This document shows positions 11,825-17,427 of a stretch of DNA of 17,427 nucleotides, in pieces. The position numbers and the translations under genes were made by a program. This DNA comes from Escherichia coli (GTDB taxonomy: Bacteria; Pseudomonadota; Gammaproteobacteria; Enterobacterales; Enterobacteriaceae). The notes under the pieces were generated by a model that worked only from the letters and a program-made list of their open reading frames with translations, had not been told where the DNA came from and ran no database searches. The stretch is taken from NCBI RefSeq assembly GCF_003334305.1, contig NZ_QOWS01000040.1; one strand, written 5' to 3'. Every line of letters begins with the position of its first letter. Within the stretch, counting starts at the first letter, position 1.

Positions 11825-13294
11825 ATGCATATCGATTCGACTGAAAAAAATAATAAACAAAAGTTGGGCTTGCTTGCGCTAACATCCATTGTCGTGAGCT
11901 CGATGATCGGCAGCGGCGTTGACGGACTCCCCCAGAATATGGCGGAGAATTCTGCCGTGGGCCCGGTGGCGATAGCATGGATAGTCTGTGGTATCGGCAT
12001 GTTTTTCATCTCCAGAACTTTTATCGTGCTGTCAAACATTAGACCTGATCTCCAGTCAGGAGTTTATATGTATGCCCGGGAAGGGTTCGGCCGATTTACG
12101 GCATTTAACGTCGCCTGGGGCTACTGGCTGATGACTATATTCAGCAACGTCGCCTTTGCCATTATGGTGATGGATACGCTGAATTATTTCTTACCAGGTG
12201 ATTTCAAGGGAGGGAACAATATTCCTTCCGTTATCGGTGCCTCTTTGCTGATATGGGGATTCAACTTTTTAGTCCTCTCCGGTACCCGCATTGCCGGGTC
12301 GATTAACATCGTCGGCACGCTGGCCAAACTGATCCCGCTGGTGGCCTTTATTATTATTCTCATGCTGTTTATGAAGTACACCACGTTCGCAGATAACGTC
12401 TGGGGGCACAGCGCGAGTAAGGCCAGTCAGGACCTAGGCTCTATTTTCTCACAGGTAACTTCACCGCTTAGCGTGGCACTCTGGAGCTTCATCGGCGTTG
12501 AGGGGGCTGTCGCTCTTTCCGGTCGGGCCAAAAATAAACGCGACGTGGGTAAAGCCACATTAATTGGCTTCGTTGTATCACTGATTATCTGTCTGCTGGT
12601 CTCCATCCTACCGTTTGGCGTGCTGACTCAACATGAGCTCAGCGCAATTCCAACCCCATCCACCGCCGGTATTCTGAAGATTGTTGTCGGTGAATGGGGG
12701 AAGATTATGATTATCTTGGGGGTGCTGATTTCGGTGCTTACCAGCTGGCTGGCGTGGACCATCATCTGCGCCGAACTGCCTATGGTGGCCGCGCAGAACG
12801 GCACATTCCCGAAACCGTTCAGCAAAAAAAATGTGAAGGGTTCGGCCTCGGTTTCGCTTTATATAAGCAGTGCGTTTATGCAAATCGTCGTACTTCTGGT
12901 CTACTTTTCTAACGATGCCTGGCTTGCAATGCTGGCTATCTCTACCCTGACCGTTTTACCTGCGTATTTAATGACCACGGCATACCTGTTTAAACTATGT
13001 ATTAGCGGCGAGTATGCCAGCTATACCACGAATCACAGCCGCAGCGCCGCGCTGGTCAGCAGTATTATCGGCTTTGTATTCTGCCTGTTTATGTTCTACG
13101 CCAGTGAAATCAAATATCTGGCGATGGTTCCGGTGCTGCTTACGCTGGGCGTGCCCCTGTTTATCTGGGCAAGAAAAAAAGACGATCGCGCAGATAAAAT
13201 ATTTACGCTACGCGAACTGGCATTTTTTATTTTACTGCTGGTCCTCGACATCATTGTTTTTATTCTACTGCATTATAAAACGATACATTTTTAG
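11825..13294 (+). CDS. APC-superfamily basic amino acid/amine antiporter, ArcD/YdgI-like (paralog 1)
   Basis: The 489-aa protein is hydrophobic throughout. The N-terminal KLGLLALTSIVVSSMIGSGV.GLPQN motif, ..REGFG.F..FN.AWGYWL.. and ..GVEGA..LSGRAKN..DVGKAT.. parallel my recollection of E. coli YdgI/ArcD rather than AdiC/CadB/PotE. A weak SD (AAGAG) lies 7 nt upstream. Confidence 0.85.
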   Translation: MHIDSTEKNNKQKLGLLALTSIVVSSMIGSGVDGLPQNMAENSAVGPVAIAWIVCGIGMFFISRTFIVLSNIRPDLQSGVYMYAREGFGRFTAFNVAWGYWLMTIFSNVAFAIMVMDTLNYFLPGDFKGGNNIPSVIGASLLIWGFNFLVLSGTRIAGSINIVGTLAKLIPLVAFIIILMLFMKYTTFADNVWGHSASKASQDLGSIFSQVTSPLSVALWSFIGVEGAVALSGRAKNKRDVGKATLIGFVVSLIICLLVSILPFGVLTQHELSAIPTPSTAGILKIVVGEWGKIMIILGVLISVLTSWLAWTIICAELPMVAAQNGTFPKPFSKKNVKGSASVSLYISSAFMQIVVLLVYFSNDAWLAMLAISTLTVLPAYLMTTAYLFKLCISGEYASYTTNHSRSAALVSSIIGFVFCLFMFYASEIKYLAMVPVLLTLGVPLFIWARKKDDRADKIFTLRELAFFILLLVLDIIVFILLHYKTIHF

Positions 13295-13398
13295 TCCAGA
13301 TTAATTCACAGCAAGTTAAGGTGACGATAATGTCTGTTTCTTGGGCATGACATCCTCACAGTTAAATACTATCTGAACAGTAACAGTGGAGACACCTA

Positions 13399-15768
13399 AT
13401 GAAATTTAACCACAATCTTTTATTTATTTCCTCACAATATCTTGATGGCGACAACCCTTCGCAGCAGGTACTGGAAGAGCTTCAAACCGAACTCGCGGAA
13501 CGCGGTTTTAAAATTCATATCACGCACCAGATCTCTGATGGATTAAAAATCATCGAAAAAAGCCCCCAATACAGCGGGATTGGTTTTTACTGGGAGCCAG
13601 ACAATCCGACCTTTGCAGAAGAGCTACAGCACTTTATCAGCATATTCCGCAAAAGAAATGCCACGACGCCGCTGATAATTTTCTCAGAACAGAATATTAC
13701 CGATCGTATCCCACTCGACGTCTTAAAAGAGGTCAGCGAATATGTTTATCTGTTCTCTGAATCCGCAGCCTTCACTGCCAATCGACTGTACTCCTTAGTC
13801 CACCGCTATGCGGATAAGCTTCTTCCTCCCTACTTTAAAACCCTTAAGGACTTTACCGAGGACGGTGACTATTACTGGGACTGCCCGGGGCATATGGGGG
13901 GAATGGCCTATCTGAAACATCCTGTTGGCATTGAGTTCATTAACTTCTTTGGCGAAAACATGATGCGCGCTGATATTGGCGTGGCTACCGCGGAGATGGG
14001 GGATTATCTGATCCACGCCGGACCGCCTAAAAAATCGGAAGAAATTGCGGCCCGACTGTTTGGCTCTGATTGGACCTTCTACGGTGTTTCCGGCTCATCG
14101 GGGTCGAACCGTATTGTGGCCCAGGCTGCGGTTGGCGCAGATGAAATTGCCATTATTGACCGAAATTGCCACAAGTCACTTAATCATGGCCTGACCTTGT
14201 CTCAGGCAAGGCCGGTTTACCTGAAACCTACCCGCAACGCGTGGGGGCTGATTGGGCCTATCCCGACCGGACGCCTGAAGAAGGCCAGTATTGATGCGCT
14301 GGTGGCAAACAGCCGACTAGCATCTGGTGCGGTCAGCCAGTCCCCGTCCTACGCCGTGGTAACCAACTGCACCTATGATGGCTTCTGTTATAACGTGAAC
14401 GATGTAGTCAGACACCTGGGTGAAAGCGCACCGCGCATCCATTTTGATGAAGCATGGTATGCCTATGCGCGTTTCCATCCGCTATACCAGAGTCGCTATG
14501 CAATGGACGCGGAGGAAACGCCAAATCGTCCAACCCTATTCGCCGTACAGTCCACCCATAAAATGCTGCCCTCACTCTCCATGGCCTCAATGATTCATGT
14601 GAAGAAAAGCGATCGCGCGCCGCTTAATTTCGATGACTTTAACGATGCCTTTATGATGCACGGCACGACCTCACCCTACTACCCGATCATTGCATCAATT
14701 GATGTGGCAGTAAGCATGATGGAGGGTGAATCCGGTTATTCGCTTGTGCAGGAGTCAATTGAAGAAGCGATTGCCTTCCGTAAAGCCGTGGTCAGCGTCA
14801 AGCGCCAGCTCCAGGAGCAGGAAGGTGGTGACGCCTGGTTCTTCGATGTGCTTCAGCCAACCGAAGTGCAGGACAGCGATTCTGGGCAGCGATACAGTTT
14901 TGAAGAGGCACCCGTATCGCTGCTGAGCCACAGCGCCGACTGCTGGTCGCTGCGCTCCGGTGAGCGCTGGCACGGTTTTGCCGATGATGATCTGGTCGAA
15001 ACCAACAGTATGCTCGATCCAGTAAAAGTGACCCTGACTTGTCCAGGGATCGGCCCGAAGGGAGAATACCAGAAAAACGGTATTCCGGGATATTTGCTGA
15101 CCCGTTTTCTCGATGACCGTCGCATTGAAATTGCCCGTACTGGTGACTACACCGTGCTGATCCTGTTCTCCGTCGGCATCACCAAAGGCAAATGGGGAAC
15201 TCTGATTGAAAGCCTGCTGGCCTTTAAAAAGCATTACGACAATGACGATCTGGCCACAGATGCTATCCCGTCGCTGAAAGCGCATTCTCCACACTACGAC
15301 ACGCTAACCCTCAAGGAGCTATGTCAGATAATGCATGAAAAAATGGATGAGCTGGAGCTGATGTCGCATATCAACGACGCGGTAAACACCGATCCGGAAC
15401 CAGTTATGACCCCGGCAGAAGCCTATCAGAAAGTCGTACGCTACAAAACCGAGCATATCCGGCTGGATGATTTTAGCGGCAGAATTGCCGCCAGCATGCT
15501 CGTCCCATATCCCCCAGGCATTCCTGTACTGATGCCGGGCGAACGGATGCCGCAAGGTAACAAGGGCATTATTGGCTATCTGCGCGCCCTGCAGGAATTC
15601 GATAAGCAATTCCCAGGTTTTGAACATGAGATCCAGGGCGTTAACGTCGATGAAAACGGGGACTTCTGGGTCAGAGCGATTGTGGAAGAAGAACGCGATG
15701 GGCAGTCGCTACCCGGCCACATAACCTTTAAACGCCAGGTCTCTGGTATTAAAAAGGGCCGCCAGTAG
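13399..15768 (+). CDS. Fold-I PLP-dependent Orn/Lys/Arg decarboxylase with N-terminal wing domain (AdiA/CadA-like), substrate unknown
   Basis: The 789-aa ORF has a GGAG SD 7 nt upstream. It shares motifs with biodegradative decarboxylases: PGHMGG, DRNCHKS, VVTNCTYDG, HFDEAWYAYARF, the PLP-lysine motif STHK (K388, nt 14560-14562), TTSP.Y and YPPGIPVLMPGE..FPGFEHE. The first 130 aa or so resemble the CheY-like wing domain. Confidence 0.9.
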   Translation: MKFNHNLLFISSQYLDGDNPSQQVLEELQTELAERGFKIHITHQISDGLKIIEKSPQYSGIGFYWEPDNPTFAEELQHFISIFRKRNATTPLIIFSEQNITDRIPLDVLKEVSEYVYLFSESAAFTANRLYSLVHRYADKLLPPYFKTLKDFTEDGDYYWDCPGHMGGMAYLKHPVGIEFINFFGENMMRADIGVATAEMGDYLIHAGPPKKSEEIAARLFGSDWTFYGVSGSSGSNRIVAQAAVGADEIAIIDRNCHKSLNHGLTLSQARPVYLKPTRNAWGLIGPIPTGRLKKASIDALVANSRLASGAVSQSPSYAVVTNCTYDGFCYNVNDVVRHLGESAPRIHFDEAWYAYARFHPLYQSRYAMDAEETPNRPTLFAVQSTHKMLPSLSMASMIHVKKSDRAPLNFDDFNDAFMMHGTTSPYYPIIASIDVAVSMMEGESGYSLVQESIEEAIAFRKAVVSVKRQLQEQEGGDAWFFDVLQPTEVQDSDSGQRYSFEEAPVSLLSHSADCWSLRSGERWHGFADDDLVETNSMLDPVKVTLTCPGIGPKGEYQKNGIPGYLLTRFLDDRRIEIARTGDYTVLILFSVGITKGKWGTLIESLLAFKKHYDNDDLATDAIPSLKAHSPHYDTLTLKELCQIMHEKMDELELMSHINDAVNTDPEPVMTPAEAYQKVVRYKTEHIRLDDFSGRIAASMLVPYPPGIPVLMPGERMPQGNKGIIGYLRALQEFDKQFPGFEHEIQGVNVDENGDFWVRAIVEEERDGQSLPGHITFKRQVSGIKKGRQ

Positions 15769-15786
15769 GCGGGGGAAAGAACAATA

Positions 15787-15812
15787 CCGTCGGATCGCCT
15801 GCAATCCGACGG
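15787..15812 (+). other. Intercistronic stem-loop between the decarboxylase and transporter 2
   Basis: CCGTCGGAT-cgcctgca-ATCCGACGG forms a perfect 9-bp stem starting 19 nt after the decarboxylase stop. No T-run follows it, so it is more likely an mRNA processing/stability or partial-attenuation element than a full terminator. Confidence 0.4.
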
Positions 15813-15842
15813 CAATATTATAGAATAGCTGAGGGAAACGTT

Positions 15843-17342
15843 ATGGCAGAGCAATCTTCAGATGTAAAAAATAGTGACAATAGCGCCGGAGGACATAAGC
15901 TGGGGCTTATATCCCTCATCGCTATTGTCGTTAGCTCCATGCTGGGAGGCGGCGTTTTCAGTCTGCCGCAAAACACGGCGGCCTCTTCTGCACTAGGGCC
16001 AGTAATCATTGCATGGATTATTGCCGGGATCGGTATTTATTTTATCGCAAACTCCTTTCGCGTACTATCAGATCTGCGCCCGGACCTTCAGGCTGGAGTG
16101 TATATGTATGCCCAGGAAGGTTTTGGTTCCTTTATTGGCTTTAACGTCGCCTGGGGCTACTGGCTGATGACCGCATTTGGCAACGTTGCCTTTGCGGTAA
16201 TTTTAATGGATGCTTTTAATCAGTTTATGCCGGGGGTTTTTACGGATGGTAATAATCTGAACTCCATTATCTGCGGCTCAGTGCTGATCTGGGGCTATAA
16301 TTTTCTTGTTCTGTCCGGGACGAAAGTGGCCGGATTTGTTAACACCTTGGGAACCATCGCCAAGCTCGTCCCTCTGATCCTATTCGTATTACTGCTGGGT
16401 GTGCTGATCGATTATTCGGACCTGTTTAAAAATTTTTGGGGAGAATCACCCGCGATCCTCAGTGGCAACGGAAATGACGCCGCACCAGTATCGCTGCTGT
16501 CTCAGATTCTGGCACCGATGACCGTAACGCTCTGGGCCTTTATTGGCGTCGAGGGAGCGGTTGTTCTATCCGGACGTGCCAAAAATAAACAGGACGTAGG
16601 GAAAGCCACACTGATCGGCTTTCTGCTGGCGCTAATTATTTATATGTTAATGTCCATTCTGCCGTTCGGTGTAATGCCTCAGGCAGAACTAGCGCAGGTC
16701 AGTAACCCCTCTACCGCAGGCGTGCTCGCCCACGTTGTCGGTCAGTGGGGCGACTGGCTGATGAGCGCGGGGCTGATTATTTCTGTTCTGGCCGGCTGGC
16801 TTGCCTGGACCATGCTATGCGCTGAAATACCGATGGTAGCAGGACAGAAAGGCGCTTTCCCGCGCGCGTTTGCCCGAACGAACAGTAAACAGGCGGCCAA
16901 TGTGTCACTGTGGGTTAGTAGCTTTGTGATGCAGGCGGCCATGTTACTTGTTTATTTTTCAAATAATGCTTGGACCACCATGTATAATATCAGTGCGCTG
17001 ATGGTTGTTCCGGCCTATATTACCACCACGCTGTATCTGACCAGTATTTGCAGAAACGGAAAATATGATCAGTATGCAAAAAAAGGCCGCAGGCTGGCTT
17101 TGTCCAGCGGTGTTTTAGGCTCGCTATTCTGTCTGTTTATTCTTTACGCCAGCCAGATTGAGTATGTTGCATTAATTCCTATCCTGTTGACCTGTGGTCT
17201 GCCGGTCTTTATCTGGTCAAGAAAAGAAAAAAATGATGGTCAGCCGATATTTACCAAAAAAGAGCTGATTTATCTGATTATGCTGTTGCTGTGCGATATT
17301 ATCGTCGTTGCCCTGTTTATTGGTGGATATTTAAAGGTATAA
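15843..17342 (+). CDS. APC-superfamily basic amino acid/amine antiporter, ArcD/YdgI-like (paralog 2)
   Basis: The 499-aa ORF has a GAGGG SD 7 nt upstream. It aligns end-to-end with paralog 1, with well over half of positions identical by eye. It carries the canonical TM1 motif SSMLGGGVFSLPQN. Confidence 0.88.
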   Translation: MAEQSSDVKNSDNSAGGHKLGLISLIAIVVSSMLGGGVFSLPQNTAASSALGPVIIAWIIAGIGIYFIANSFRVLSDLRPDLQAGVYMYAQEGFGSFIGFNVAWGYWLMTAFGNVAFAVILMDAFNQFMPGVFTDGNNLNSIICGSVLIWGYNFLVLSGTKVAGFVNTLGTIAKLVPLILFVLLLGVLIDYSDLFKNFWGESPAILSGNGNDAAPVSLLSQILAPMTVTLWAFIGVEGAVVLSGRAKNKQDVGKATLIGFLLALIIYMLMSILPFGVMPQAELAQVSNPSTAGVLAHVVGQWGDWLMSAGLIISVLAGWLAWTMLCAEIPMVAGQKGAFPRAFARTNSKQAANVSLWVSSFVMQAAMLLVYFSNNAWTTMYNISALMVVPAYITTTLYLTSICRNGKYDQYAKKGRRLALSSGVLGSLFCLFILYASQIEYVALIPILLTCGLPVFIWSRKEKNDGQPIFTKKELIYLIMLLLCDIIVVALFIGGYLKV

Positions 17343-17372
17343 GTCCGAGTTAAATCTTTACTGGGCTAGCAA

Positions 17373-17400
17373 TGCCGCCTTTTAAACAAGAAGGGCGGCA
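17373..17400 (+). terminator. Candidate hairpin downstream of transporter 2
   Basis: TGCCGCC-(14 nt)-GGCGGCA forms a 7-bp GC-rich stem about 30 nt after the stop. The loop is long and no clear T-run follows, so terminator function is uncertain. Confidence 0.3.
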
Positions 17401-17427
17401 ATCTTACTGAAATTAGTATGCTGCAAA

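Noticed and set aside
14755-15294. A 179-aa ORF antisense to the decarboxylase, with similar shorter antisense ORFs at 13795-14016, 14853-15125 and 15319-15627.
   Set aside because: They are fully embedded opposite a strongly supported 789-aa CDS. They have no start context and no recognisable domain.
13399-15768. The idea that the cassette is a histidine decarboxylase (hdcT1-hdc-hdcT2-like) cluster, because of the two flanking transporters.
   Set aside because: The enzyme is a 789-aa wing-domain fold-I Orn/Lys/Arg-type decarboxylase. It is neither the group-II PLP HdcA of about 380 aa nor a pyruvoyl enzyme. Only the gene layout is analogous, and histidine remains just one untested substrate.

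Overview
The window is a mosaic enterobacterial accessory region with three parts. (1) 1-7.9 kb holds a complete ferric-citrate uptake locus, fecIRABCDE, on the + strand. It has its Fur box, the FecI-dependent fecA promoter region, the fecA-fecB hairpin and start/stop-overlapping (translationally coupled) cistrons, and from memory it looks essentially like E. coli K-12 fec. (2) 7.8-11.6 kb is a decayed junction zone. It contains a defective IS911-like (IS3 family) element that splits an MDR-family (YhdH/AcuI-like) oxidoreductase gene. It also contains further gene remnants and an IS1-family element with a 3' frameshift; neither IS has a target-site duplication. (3) 11.8-17.3 kb is a visibly AT-richer three-gene cassette on the + strand: an ArcD/YdgI-like APC transporter (489 aa), a 789-aa wing-domain fold-I Orn/Lys/Arg decarboxylase, and a second paralogous ArcD/YdgI-like transporter (499 aa). 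No cognate regulator lies in the window. This transporter-decarboxylase-transporter cassette is the best candidate for an undescribed system, namely an amino-acid-dependent acid-resistance or amine-forming module of unknown substrate. Its partner pairing and gene layout differ from the canonical AdiA/AdiC, CadA/CadB and SpeF/PotE systems. I saw no rRNA, tRNA or CRISPR array. All homology statements rest on my recollection of reference proteins, because no search could be run.
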